Below the pieces are notes generated by a model. That model saw nothing but the letters and a program-made list of their open reading frames with translations, had not been told where the DNA came from and did not search any database. From the NCBI GenBank assembly GCA_963790025.1, contig CAWBMP010000005.1, positions 448,001 through 512,000 of the forward strand: a DNA stretch of 64,000 nucleotides. The letters are read 5' to 3'. This DNA comes from Nitrospirota bacterium. Lineage in GTDB: Bacteria; Nitrospirota; Thermodesulfovibrionia; Thermodesulfovibrionales; Dissulfurispiraceae. This document shows positions 1 to 8,941 of this stretch, piece by piece. The translations under genes and the position numbers were made by a program. Each line of letters begins with the position of its first letter. Position 1 is the stretch's first letter.

Positions 1-269
1 ACTTCCCATGACTCGGCAAGGTCACCGGTCAGCCTGATATTTTTGTCATACTTTACCAGTCCGTGATAGATAAATCCGCTTATTTCTCCAGATGCGCTGT
101 CCGAGGCAAGGAATGGAAGAAGCCTTTTGGCATCGGCACCCAAGCCCATTGTAATGGCATTCGGGTATTTGATCTCGGGCTCGCGGGAACAAGAGGAAAA
201 AAAAGTTAATAGTGACAGTGTCAGCAGAACAAAATTATTTCTTAAAATTCCTGTACCGGTCTTTTTCAT
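1..269 (-). CDS. Peptide/nickel ABC transporter substrate-binding lipoprotein (family 5), N-terminal part, runs off window
   Basis: Manual translation from ATG at 269: MKKTGTGILRNNFVLLTLSLLTFFSSC...LLPFLASDSASGEISGFIYHGLVKYDKNIRLTGDLAESWE; lipobox-like Cys and GDLAESW motif; not in the ORF track. Confidence 0.85.
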   Translation of the reverse strand, partial: MKKTGTGILRNNFVLLTLSLLTFFSSCSREPEIKYPNAITMGLGADAKRLLPFLASDSASGEISGFIYHGLVKYDKNIRLTGDLAESWE

Positions 270-297
270 CCCTGACACTTAGCACTGCAACCGACAC

Positions 298-609
298 TTA
301 CTTTTTCATTGGTTGCTGAGGCAGTTGTTGAGGAAAGGCCTTACCCTGTCCGGCAGGTGTCCCTTCCTTGATCACCGATGCGTGTTTATTGGCCACCATC
401 GATAAGGTCAGTGATGTCAGCATAAAGACAACAGCAGCACCAGTTGTCAGTTTACTCAGGAAAGTGGCCGCTCCCCTGCTGCCGAAAATAGTCTGACTTG
501 AGCCGCCGAATGCCGCACCTATCTCGGCGCCTTTACCGCCCTGCAACAAGACTATTGAAATCAGGAACAGACATGCAACGGCATGTACAATAATCAAAAA
601 CATGGTCAT
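298..609 (-). CDS. secG: Preprotein translocase subunit SecG
   Basis: IVLLQGGKGAEIGAAFGGSSQTIFGSRGAATFLSKLT signature; directly downstream of tpiA. Confidence 0.97.
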   Translation of the reverse strand: MTMFLIIVHAVACLFLISIVLLQGGKGAEIGAAFGGSSQTIFGSRGAATFLSKLTTGAAVVFMLTSLTLSMVANKHASVIKEGTPAGQGKAFPQQLPQQPMKK

Positions 610-623
610 AAGAAAACCTCCAT

Positions 624-1370
624 TTACTTTTTGAATTTTACGATCCTAGAAAAGCTGTCGGCCTTCAAGCTGGCCCCGCCGACAAGGGCGCCATCTACAT
701 CGCCACATTTCATAAGGGCATCTATATTATCGGGTGTCACGCTGCCGCCGTATAGAATCCTGATCTCCAGGGAAGCAGGACCGCCGTATAATGCGGCGAG
801 CCGTTCGCGTATATAGTGATGGGCATCCTGTGCCTGTTCGGTTGTTGCTGTCTTGCCTGTGCCGATAGCCCATATCGGCTCATAGGCCACGACTATGCAA
901 TCCGGTGGGACCTCTTTCAGCCCTTCCTCTATTTCACGTTTCAGGATATCCAGAGTCCTTCCCGCCTCACGCTCCTCAAGAGACTCCCCGATACAAAAGA
1001 TCACCTCAAGGCCATGCTTCCTTGCTATCTTCGCCTTCCTGTTAAGCATTTCATCGGTTTCTTTGAAGTACTGCCGTCTTTCCGAATGGCCGAGAATAAC
1101 GTGGCTGCAGCCTGCATCCGTAAGCATTGCCGGAGCAATCTCACCGGTATAGGCGCCTTTCTCCTCATAGTAAAGGTTCTGAGCTGCGAGGCGTATGGTA
1201 CTGTTGGCCATGAGAGCTGCCGCGGCATGAAGAGAGGTAAATGGCGGAGCGATGACAATGTCGACGGCAGCAGCATCCTGCACGAGCGGCATAAACTCGT
1301 TCAGGAACGCACGGGTTTCCCCGATTGTCTTATTCATTTTCCAGTTGGCGGCTATACACGGTCGTCGCAT
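624..1370 (-). CDS. tpiA: Triosephosphate isomerase
   Basis: ANWKMN, GHSERR, AYEPIWAIGTG, ILYGGSV, LVGGASL motifs. Confidence 0.99.
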   Translation of the reverse strand: MRRPCIAANWKMNKTIGETRAFLNEFMPLVQDAAAVDIVIAPPFTSLHAAAALMANSTIRLAAQNLYYEEKGAYTGEIAPAMLTDAGCSHVILGHSERRQYFKETDEMLNRKAKIARKHGLEVIFCIGESLEEREAGRTLDILKREIEEGLKEVPPDCIVVAYEPIWAIGTGKTATTEQAQDAHHYIRERLAALYGGPASLEIRILYGGSVTPDNIDALMKCGDVDGALVGGASLKADSFSRIVKFKK

Positions 1371-1405
1371 CTATATACAATATCGTAACGGGCAATACCT
1401 GTCAA
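1371..1405 (-). promoter_or_regulatory. Sigma70-type promoter of tpiA, probably leaderless
   Basis: Minus strand TTGACA-17 nt-TATTGT-6 nt-ATG; no SD; the -35 overlaps the PKS stop codon. Confidence 0.6.
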
Positions 1406-2448
1406 GCCTTTCTCAGAAGACAAGCGTGGGCCGACAGGCCTGCTCCAAAGGCAACCATAACGCACCATTCGCCTTTTTTGATGCCGCTGTCAAGGAGTCT
1501 CTTCAAAACGAATATTACCGTGGGCGAAGACATATTCCCATAATCCAGGAGGACACTTCTCGTTGCGCTCAACTGTTCCTCGGCCAGTCCCACCTCATCC
1601 CTGATCGCATTTATGATCTTTTCCCCGCCCGTATGGAGTGCCCAGTGAGCGATGTCTGCGAGCCGCAGAGATCTCCTCGATAGCAGCTCTTTGACTACCG
1701 CGGCAACGGCTTTTTTTATGTAGTTGTCAAGTTTCATCGAGAGCTGATTGCAGAGTTGACCATTCTTGTGGACGTAACGAATATATTCGCGTTCTTCAGG
1801 AATACTGATGCCAAGCGAATCGACTATTTCGAAACCCTCAGGTCTTTTGCTTACAACGGCTGCTGAGGCGCCGTCACCAAAGAGGGTATTGGAGACGAGA
1901 AGACTGAGGTCGTCGGACATCTGAAACGTGGCGCTGCATATCTCGGAAGAGACGCTTACAATAATTCCTTCCCGCGTCTGTTGTGCCAGGGCATCAGCCA
2001 GTTGGAGATTAGGAATCGCCCCGCCGCACCCGCTGCCCACCAGATCGTAGACCCGCACATCCCTGCGCAATCCGAGTCTCTCGACAAGATATGTCGAAAT
2101 GCCCGGGCAGATATATCCTGTGCAGGTATTGACTATAAGTCCTTTAACGTCATCAACGCCGGCCCTTACTTCATTCAGGGCCTGTGTTATGGCGTCAGAA
2201 GAGAGGGTTACAGACCACTCTGTAAACCGGGCAATGCGGCTGTCAATATCTTCTGTAAATAATGTCTTGGAATTGTCTATGGCAAAGGAGCGGTAGGCGA
2301 TAGATGGATGATCGAAAAGTTTATGCAGAAGGGAAATGCTCCGACGGTTCAGCTTGTCCGAGTAATGCTCCGCCAGGATCTTTCCCCCTTCTTTCTGGCT
2401 GACCCGGAAAGGCGGTGTTGCTGTGCCAAGAGAGGCTATATAGGTCAT
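1402..2448 (-). CDS. Type III polyketide synthase (chalcone synthase-like)
   Basis: Cys-His-Asn triad contexts GSGCGGA, ALHTGG, YGNMSS; LFGDGA and AFGAG motifs. Confidence 0.92.
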   Translation of the reverse strand: MTYIASLGTATPPFRVSQKEGGKILAEHYSDKLNRRSISLLHKLFDHPSIAYRSFAIDNSKTLFTEDIDSRIARFTEWSVTLSSDAITQALNEVRAGVDDVKGLIVNTCTGYICPGISTYLVERLGLRRDVRVYDLVGSGCGGAIPNLQLADALAQQTREGIIVSVSSEICSATFQMSDDLSLLVSNTLFGDGASAAVVSKRPEGFEIVDSLGISIPEEREYIRYVHKNGQLCNQLSMKLDNYIKKAVAAVVKELLSRRSLRLADIAHWALHTGGEKIINAIRDEVGLAEEQLSATRSVLLDYGNMSSPTVIFVLKRLLDSGIKKGEWCVMVAFGAGLSAHACLLRKA

Positions 2449-2840
2449 TTCACTACTTCAATTTGGCCCTTCATGCCGAATGAGGAATGCAGCGGTTTGT
2501 CGCAATAGTAGTCATATTTTCCAGGTTCGGAGAGGGTGAACTTGATCTCTGTCGTTTTTTTGAAGGGAAGGTCCACACTTTGGATTATCTGTCCCAGTGT
2601 ATCTTTTATTGTGAAATTATGCCCGGCATCCGATATATTCGATATTTTGAGCACTATTACATCTCCCTGGTATGCTTTTATATTGTTCGGTGTGAAATAA
2701 AAGCTGCTTGCTTCCATTGTTATCACTTTCTCACCTTTTCCAGGGCTGACTGCAACCTGTTGCTGCAAGCTTGCACAAGCTGCAAGCATGAACAGCATAC
2801 CAAGGAATGCCTTCAGCAGCCGCTTAGATCTGTTTTGCAT
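2445..2840 (-). CDS. Cupredoxin-domain lipoprotein
   Basis: LAAC lipobox; GHNF and YYCDKPLHSSFGMKG type-1 copper ligands (H, C, H, M); ATGA overlap with the PKS gene. Confidence 0.88.
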   Translation of the reverse strand: MQNRSKRLLKAFLGMLFMLAACASLQQQVAVSPGKGEKVITMEASSFYFTPNNIKAYQGDVIVLKISNISDAGHNFTIKDTLGQIIQSVDLPFKKTTEIKFTLSEPGKYDYYCDKPLHSSFGMKGQIEVVK

Positions 2841-2908
2841 AAATGCCCTCCACTTTGTTTTTCAATGGCCACTCCAATGAATAGAGTATATCATGCAAAA
2901 TGAGATTT

Positions 2909-2948
2909 AAATCGACCGGGAAAGGCAGATGCCCATCCCGGTCGATTT
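2909..2948. terminator. Intrinsic terminator-like hairpin
   Basis: Perfect 13-bp stem AAATCGACCGGGA/TCCCGGTCGATTT just past the stop of 2979..3392, with a T run on the + strand. Confidence 0.65.
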
Positions 2949-2978
2949 TTTTTATCGCCGCTTTTTGTACTATGGTGT

Positions 2979-3392
2979 CTAAGGAGATACACCACCTGTA
3001 CCTTCGTCAGGCGGAGACGAAGGAGGTACCACCTTCTCCCAGCCATCGGCACACTGTTTCACGTACGGATAGTAGGTCTGGGTATTTTTACAGAAATACC
3101 AGTACTTCTGGTCCTGCTGCTGGGACGGCTGAACATATACCTGCGGCTGCTGTTGAATGACCACAGGTGGAACTGGATAGTACGGAGAATAGTAAGGATA
3201 CGTGTCCCACCATGGGTCCCATCCCGGACCGATCCATACACCACCCCTAAAAATGAATCGATCATGCCCACGTCCAACAAAGCTATGGTGAACATGTCCG
3301 CCAAAATGACCGTGATCAGCATATACGGGCACAGCAGTTGTAAATAGCAGAGCCAGGACAGCAAGAACAAGAAGAATAATACTTTTTTTCAT
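2979..3392 (-). CDS. Secreted His/Gly- and Pro/Tyr-rich hypothetical protein
   Basis: Signal peptide, HGHFGGHVHH, YWYFC..YYPYVKQC..GW pattern; AGGAGG SD. Confidence 0.75.
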   Translation of the reverse strand: MKKSIILLVLAVLALLFTTAVPVYADHGHFGGHVHHSFVGRGHDRFIFRGGVWIGPGWDPWWDTYPYYSPYYPVPPVVIQQQPQVYVQPSQQQDQKYWYFCKNTQTYYPYVKQCADGWEKVVPPSSPPDEGTGGVSP

Positions 3393-3616
3393 CTCATCCT
3401 CCTTTCCATGAAACTCATGGAATCTGACGTTTATTGTTTTATTAACCCCGGCTGAACGTTTTTATGAGTAGATCTGCTCAACTTGGGTTTAAATTCTATC
3501 TTCCTCTACTTACATTTTAGTCGATAAAAGCAATCGAAAGGTTACGAAAAACTCATAGACTAAAAATATAATTATTACAATAAGTTGCATGCACGCAGGC
3601 GAATGCATTTAACAGT

Positions 3617-3650
3617 TGTAAAATTGGCGTGACATTTCATTTGTTAAACT
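3617..3650 (+). promoter_or_regulatory. Putative OmpR/PhoB-type tandem box plus extended -10 upstream of the porin
   Basis: TGTAA-N6-CGTGA-N12-TAAACT; near-identical geometry to 7689..7721 and 13795..13827. Confidence 0.45.
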
Positions 3651-3786
3651 CCTTCACACCTATTGATAAAATATGAAACTATCTGCTATTATCACTTACT
3701 AATTTGAGGCCGCGAATGCTTGCACAACGACAACCATGAAGGCTGAACACTTCATGGTTTCTTTTTTTACGGGAAGGAGAATATAC

Positions 3787-5442
3787 ATGAAAGCCGGCTT
3801 GGATTTAAACTTTTCGTTAACTGCCGCGTTACTATCGATCATGTCCCTGCTTTTGCCGGCTTTCACCTGCCCGGCACATGCAGAAGAAAACCACATCATA
3901 GCGGCAGACAAGAGAAGCGCCACGCTGGCCAATTTTATCAAAAACCTTGCGGACAACGGAGTTACTGCTGATGAGGCTATTGTTATCGCCCGCATATTGA
4001 ACAGCCATAACAAACCTCCGTTATCCGAGCAAGAAGTGGATGATGCCGTTATAAATGTGTATAACAAACCATTGACTTCTGAAGAAGAAAAAAATGATCC
4101 GCCGGCGGCTATTTCCGAAAAAAAGATTGACGCAGGGCCTGCTGTGCAGCAGCCAGTGTTGAAAATAGAAGGGTTGCCATCGTGGGTGCCAAAAGTGCTG
4201 GGATTGCAATTCAACGGTATATACCAGAACGTGCCGGGTTTCCGCAGTTCCTACGTAGGTGCCCACAGCTTCAGGACCGATGGCGGTGAGGGACACAACA
4301 TAACCCATATATATGGAGTATATCTGGGTTCACAGTTGGCTGATACACTTCAGACATATGTCGATATTGAAATGGCCAAGGGCAGCGGGGTGAGCAAAGG
4401 CCAGGGACTCGGCGGCTATCCCGATGGCGATGTAATCAGGGTCGGTTCGGTTGGTCTGGGCAACGGCCCATACATAGCACGCGCCTATATGCGCTATTAC
4501 TATCCATTGGCATCGAATACGGAAGATGTGGAGCGCGGCCAGGACCAACTGCCGGGAAAAGAGCCTGTCAGCAGGTTCGAGGTAAAGGCCGGCAAAATGT
4601 CGTTGGCAGATGATTTCGACCTTAACCGTTATTCCAACAACACGCGCACCCAGTTTTTTAACTACAGCTTTATTAACAACACTGCTTGGGATTATGCGGC
4701 TGATACCAGGGGCTACAGTTATGGGGTAGTTGCATCCGTGTACCAGCCGACATGGAGATTGGCCTTTGCCAGTTTTGCTGAAGTTACATTTGCAAACGGC
4801 GCGACAATAGACACACAAATCTTCAAGGCCCAGGGAAACAATCTTGAATTTACTGTGAAACCTAATGACATTGGCACAGTTGTTCGCGTGCTCGCCTATC
4901 TGAATCGGGGGCGTCTGGGCAATTATGCTCATGCGATAGCCATAGGGCGTGAGACTTCTGCGATCCCCGATGTCAGAGCCGACGAGAACGAGAATCTGGT
5001 CCGTACCAAGTGGGGTTATGGCCTGAATTTCGAGCAGCCGCTGGCAGATAAGGGAGAAACGGGTATTTTCGGGCGTCTAGGCTGGAACGATGGAAAAAAC
5101 GAGACTTTTTCTTATACCGAAGTGGACCGGACTATCAGTCTGGGATTACAGGTGAACGGAGTACATTGGGGCAGGGACGTGGACCAGTTGGGAATTGCGT
5201 ATGCATTTGATGGCCTGTCATCCGACCACAAGAAATATCTTGCGGCCGGCGGACTTGGCATGTTGTTGGGTGATGGAAAACTGAATTACGGCCTGGAGCA
5301 GGTATTAGAGGCATACTACCGGATACAGATAGGGAAATATGTTCAGGTTTCTCCCGATTTCCAGTTAATACAGAACCCTGGATACAACCGCGACAGGGGA
5401 CCGGCTGAAGTATATTCCATGCGTTTGCGGCTGAGCTATTGA
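3787..5442 (+). CDS. OprB-family (carbohydrate/MnoP-like) porin with N-terminal PriCT-1-like helical domain
   Basis: Signal peptide ending AHA; WDYAADTRGYSYG, GDGKLNYGLEQVLEAYY, NPGYNRDRGP motifs; C-terminal aromatic residue; start at 3787 chosen for GGAAGGAG SD. Confidence 0.85.
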   Translation: MKAGLDLNFSLTAALLSIMSLLLPAFTCPAHAEENHIIAADKRSATLANFIKNLADNGVTADEAIVIARILNSHNKPPLSEQEVDDAVINVYNKPLTSEEEKNDPPAAISEKKIDAGPAVQQPVLKIEGLPSWVPKVLGLQFNGIYQNVPGFRSSYVGAHSFRTDGGEGHNITHIYGVYLGSQLADTLQTYVDIEMAKGSGVSKGQGLGGYPDGDVIRVGSVGLGNGPYIARAYMRYYYPLASNTEDVERGQDQLPGKEPVSRFEVKAGKMSLADDFDLNRYSNNTRTQFFNYSFINNTAWDYAADTRGYSYGVVASVYQPTWRLAFASFAEVTFANGATIDTQIFKAQGNNLEFTVKPNDIGTVVRVLAYLNRGRLGNYAHAIAIGRETSAIPDVRADENENLVRTKWGYGLNFEQPLADKGETGIFGRLGWNDGKNETFSYTEVDRTISLGLQVNGVHWGRDVDQLGIAYAFDGLSSDHKKYLAAGGLGMLLGDGKLNYGLEQVLEAYYRIQIGKYVQVSPDFQLIQNPGYNRDRGPAEVYSMRLRLSY

Positions 5443-5445
5443 AAA

Positions 5446-5547
5446 ATGAGTGGGTGAATAAGAAGGTGAGTATATGAGTGAATGGGTGAATAGAAGTTTT
5501 TTATTACTGTTTTACTCATATACTCTTTTACCCATTTACTCATATAC
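5446..5547. repeat. Octamer tandem-repeat palindrome between convergent genes
   Basis: Left arm units ATGAGTGG/GTGAGTAT/ATGAGTGA/ATGGGTGA; right arm TTACTCAT/ATACTCTT/TTACCCAT/TTACTCAT; right arm overlaps the kinase stop. Confidence 0.8.
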
Positions 5548-6928
5548 TTTTTGATCGAGTAAATATTACTTTAACAGAGGTCCCCTTGCCTTCCTTCGGC
5601 TCATTAATAAAAATACCGGCATTATGCTTTATGGCAATTTCCCTGGCTATTGCCAGTCCGAGTCCGCTTCCCTCAATATCGTTTCGCGGACCGCGCCTCA
5701 GGATACGATAGAACCGCTCAAAAACCCGTTTTTTTTCGTTTTCCGGGATTCCCGGTCCGTTATCCTCAACTATTAAACTGATGTTGTCCTGCACTTCTAC
5801 TTTTAACGTCACAACGCTGCCGAAAGGGCTGTAACGGATTGCATTGTCCACCAAGTTGTCAATCATCATTTTCAGCCGCAGGATGTCTCCCCGTATCATA
5901 GCTTTTTCGCCTGAGCAGCTAAAACCAAGGTCAATATTCTTTCTCAATGCCTCAGGGACCCATTCGTTGGCAATTTCGCGGGAAAAAATAATCAGATCCA
6001 ACTCCTTCAGGTCATTAACCGCATCAGAGTTAGGCTCCACCTGCGCCAGCGCCAGCATCTGCTTAATAAGGCGGGAGGAACGATTGACGCTTATGCTGAT
6101 CTGCTGCAGTGAATGCCTTATGTGTTCCGGATCGGCTTCCTGCAAAGCCACATCGAGTTGGGTCTTTAACCCCGTAAGGGGAGTACGCAATTGGTGGGCT
6201 GCATCGTTGATAAAACGCCGTTGCATTTGCAGGGCGTCATCCAACCGCTGTAAAAGATCGTTGACAGCCTGGGCCACCGGAAGCATTTCCAGAGGCGTAT
6301 GGCTTTCCTCGATAGGGGTCAAATCACGATGAGAGCGTGCGGCTATCTCGTCGCGCATGCGATGCAGCGGCTCTAATCCCGTCCGCACGCCCAACCAAAC
6401 TATTGTCGCAGCTATCAGGATCAGCACAAGTTGGGGAAGCACCATTGCAGTGATGATCTCTCTCTGCAGAATAGCACGCTTATTCAGGGTTTCGGCTATT
6501 TGCACCAGTACAGGTTGCCCCGCAATAGCGAAATAGCGTGAGGCGATGCGCAGTTTATGCCCCTGCATAGAACCGTAGTGCATAATGGGTGGGCCGAATG
6601 TGACCGGAGCTTCAGGCATGAGGAGGCCGGGCTCTCCTGCTATCAGCTTTCCACTGAGGTCCGAAACCTTGAAATAAATCTTATCGTATTCATCTGTCAG
6701 GAGCATCTCCACGGCAGCTCGTGGAAGGTCCAGTCTTATTTGACTGCCGACGACTGTTATCTGTTTCGATATGTCGCCGGTGAAATCAGCCAGGGCGCGA
6801 TCATAGGCGATATTCGAGAACTTTGTTGCCAGGTGATAAGCTATTGCCGCCCCTATCAGCCACAAAAACAGCAGCGGCAGGAGCAGCCAAATAAGAAGTT
6901 TGCGACGCAGTGACGTAGGCTTATGCAT
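5540..6928 (-). CDS. Membrane sensor histidine kinase (QseC/TctE-like)
   Basis: Two TM segments, AAHQLRTPL H-box, NLVDNAIRY, DNGPGI, GSGLGL. Confidence 0.95.
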   Translation of the reverse strand: MHKPTSLRRKLLIWLLLPLLFLWLIGAAIAYHLATKFSNIAYDRALADFTGDISKQITVVGSQIRLDLPRAAVEMLLTDEYDKIYFKVSDLSGKLIAGEPGLLMPEAPVTFGPPIMHYGSMQGHKLRIASRYFAIAGQPVLVQIAETLNKRAILQREIITAMVLPQLVLILIAATIVWLGVRTGLEPLHRMRDEIAARSHRDLTPIEESHTPLEMLPVAQAVNDLLQRLDDALQMQRRFINDAAHQLRTPLTGLKTQLDVALQEADPEHIRHSLQQISISVNRSSRLIKQMLALAQVEPNSDAVNDLKELDLIIFSREIANEWVPEALRKNIDLGFSCSGEKAMIRGDILRLKMMIDNLVDNAIRYSPFGSVVTLKVEVQDNISLIVEDNGPGIPENEKKRVFERFYRILRRGPRNDIEGSGLGLAIAREIAIKHNAGIFINEPKEGKGTSVKVIFTRSKSI

Positions 6929-7595
6929 CGTTTGAACAATCCATTAGATACCCGAGACCGCGTATAGTACGGATAACTATGCCGCTGTTCCCCAATTTTT
7001 TTCGTAGCCGGTGTATGTACACTTCAATGGCGTTGTCGCTCACATCCTCATCCCAGCCGTGGAGGTTGTCACGTATTTGTTCCTTGCTCACTACGTGCTC
7101 TGCCCGGAGGACCAATAATTCCAAAACACATGTCTCACGGGCAGAAAGCTCAATCATCTGTTCTCCGACAACAGCACGGCGTCCTGCCGTATCGAAGCAC
7201 AAAGGGCCAAGACGGACCTGATTACTGTTTCTATAATCGGCGCGCCTCAGCAGCGCCCGCATGCGCGCCTCCAATTCAGGCAGATCGAAGGGTTTGGTCA
7301 GATAATCGTCAGCGCCCAGGTCCAGTCCCCTCACCCGGTTTTCGAGTGCATCCTGGGCAGTGAGAATCAGAACAGGCACATGGTTCCCCCGTTCGCGCAG
7401 CCGCTGCAGAACATGGAAGCCATCCATTCGTGGCAAGCCGAGGTCGAGTATGACCAGATCATACGCTTCATGGGCCAGGATGGCGTCTGCCTCTCCGCCA
7501 TTTGTTGCCAAACCGACAACATACCCGGCACGCTTCATGGAAAACACGAGACTGTCTGTCAGTACCGTGTCATCTTCAACAATAAGAATTCTCAT
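6921..7595 (-). CDS. OmpR-family response regulator (QseB/TctD-like)
   Basis: REC domain (VEDD, DLGLP, KPF) plus winged helix NAIEVYIHRLRKKL...IRGLGY. Confidence 0.96.
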   Translation of the reverse strand: MRILIVEDDTVLTDSLVFSMKRAGYVVGLATNGGEADAILAHEAYDLVILDLGLPRMDGFHVLQRLRERGNHVPVLILTAQDALENRVRGLDLGADDYLTKPFDLPELEARMRALLRRADYRNSNQVRLGPLCFDTAGRRAVVGEQMIELSARETCVLELLVLRAEHVVSKEQIRDNLHGWDEDVSDNAIEVYIHRLRKKLGNSGIVIRTIRGLGYLMDCSNDA

Positions 7596-7688
7596 ATTCC
7601 CTATTATGGTTTCCTGACCTCAAGTTTGGCAATCCTTTTGAAGTCTTTCTCATCGTAAGCGGGAAATGCCCTGTCATCACATTCGCAT

Positions 7689-7727
7689 TGTAAGGCTGGT
7701 GTAAGTTTCGTTTTTTATAATATTGGA
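7689..7727 (+). promoter_or_regulatory. Tandem box plus -10, leaderless start of the first RND operon
   Basis: TGTAAG repeated with 11-bp period (7689, 7700), TATAAT at 7716..7721, 6 nt to ATG, no SD; divergent from the response regulator. Confidence 0.6.
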
Positions 7728-8939
7728 ATGACGGCTCAAAAAAATATTCAAAGTACTCTGCGGTTTCTCTTTTTCGCAGGCTCACTTTTCTTGATTGTCC
7801 TGTCAGGGACGGGTTGCCGGAGTAAAGCTGCAGAGGGCAATTCGCCGTCCACGCAGGAATTGACCCAGACGTCGAATGCTATCGACTCCGCAACAGTGAC
7901 ACTAAACGATGCTCAGCTTAAATCGGTCAAGATCGAGCCGGTAGGCCGGCATATCTTCACGGTCCAGCGGGAGGCAGTCGGCAATATCGATTTCAACCAG
8001 GACAGGTCGGTCCAGGTCTATCCGCCGAATCAGGGGAAGATCATCGAGCTGTTCGCCAACCTCGGCGATAATGTGGCCAAAGGGAAGAAGCTATACACAA
8101 TTAACAGCCCCGATCTCGCACAAGTCGAGTCGGCCTTGATTGCTGCGACAGGCGTCTTTGACCTCACCAACCATGTATTAGAGCGCGCCAGGAAGCTCTA
8201 TGAGGTGCAGGGAATTGCCCAGAAAGATCTGGAACAGGCAATCTCCGACCAGCAGACCGCAGAGGGTGCGCTAAAAGCGGCCCGCCACGCCGTCAGTATC
8301 TTCGGGAAAGACGAAACCGAGATCGATCAAATCGTGGCAAAGCGCCAAATCGACCCGGCAATGGTTGTGCTCAGCCCTATAACAGGCCGCATAACGGCCC
8401 GCAATGCTGCGCCCGGACTTTTGGTGCAACCCGGTACTCCACCTGCCCCGTACCTGGTTACCGATATCTCGACCATGTGGATGGTTGCGTTCGTTGCCGA
8501 AAGCGACAGTCCGCTTTTTCATGCAGGACAGGCAGTCAAAGTCAAGCTCATGGCCTTTCCCGGCAGGGTGTTCGAGGGAAGGATTTCTACCGTGGGAGCG
8601 ACTGTAGACCCCGCTACCCATCGGCTTATGGTGCGGTCGGCAATTCGTGATCCGAAGCACGAACTGCGGCCGGGCATGTTTGCAACTTTTACCATCAGCA
8701 CTGGTGGAGCGGTACGGTATATCGCAGTCCCGGCGGGTGGCGTGGTCCTCGAAAGCGACGGCACGATGACTGCCTGGGTGACAACCGATCGACATCACTT
8801 CGTGCAAAGGCCGCTCAAGCTTGGCTTGCAAGAGGATGGCTGGTATCAGATTGTCGAAGGTCTGCGTCCCGGTGAACTGGTTGTTACCGAGGGCGGCATA
8901 TTCCTCAGCAACTTGCTGCAAGCGCCGCCGACCGATTAG
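7728..8939 (+). CDS. RND efflux periplasmic adaptor (CzcB/CusB-like) lipoprotein
   Basis: Lipobox GTGC, SPITGRI, VDPATH..VR, LRPGMFA motifs. Confidence 0.93.
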   Translation: MTAQKNIQSTLRFLFFAGSLFLIVLSGTGCRSKAAEGNSPSTQELTQTSNAIDSATVTLNDAQLKSVKIEPVGRHIFTVQREAVGNIDFNQDRSVQVYPPNQGKIIELFANLGDNVAKGKKLYTINSPDLAQVESALIAATGVFDLTNHVLERARKLYEVQGIAQKDLEQAISDQQTAEGALKAARHAVSIFGKDETEIDQIVAKRQIDPAMVVLSPITGRITARNAAPGLLVQPGTPPAPYLVTDISTMWMVAFVAESDSPLFHAGQAVKVKLMAFPGRVFEGRISTVGATVDPATHRLMVRSAIRDPKHELRPGMFATFTISTGGAVRYIAVPAGGVVLESDGTMTAWVTTDRHHFVQRPLKLGLQEDGWYQIVEGLRPGELVVTEGGIFLSNLLQAPPTD

Positions 8940-8941
8940 CC

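Noticed and set aside
270..297. tRNA-Leu often found after secG
   Set aside because: Only 28 bp to the next gene; no cloverleaf or T-loop motif here or noticed elsewhere in the window
3400..3786. Mn (yybP-ykoY) or other riboswitch before the MnoP-like porin
   Set aside because: AT-rich with no recognisable conserved core; only promoter-like motifs
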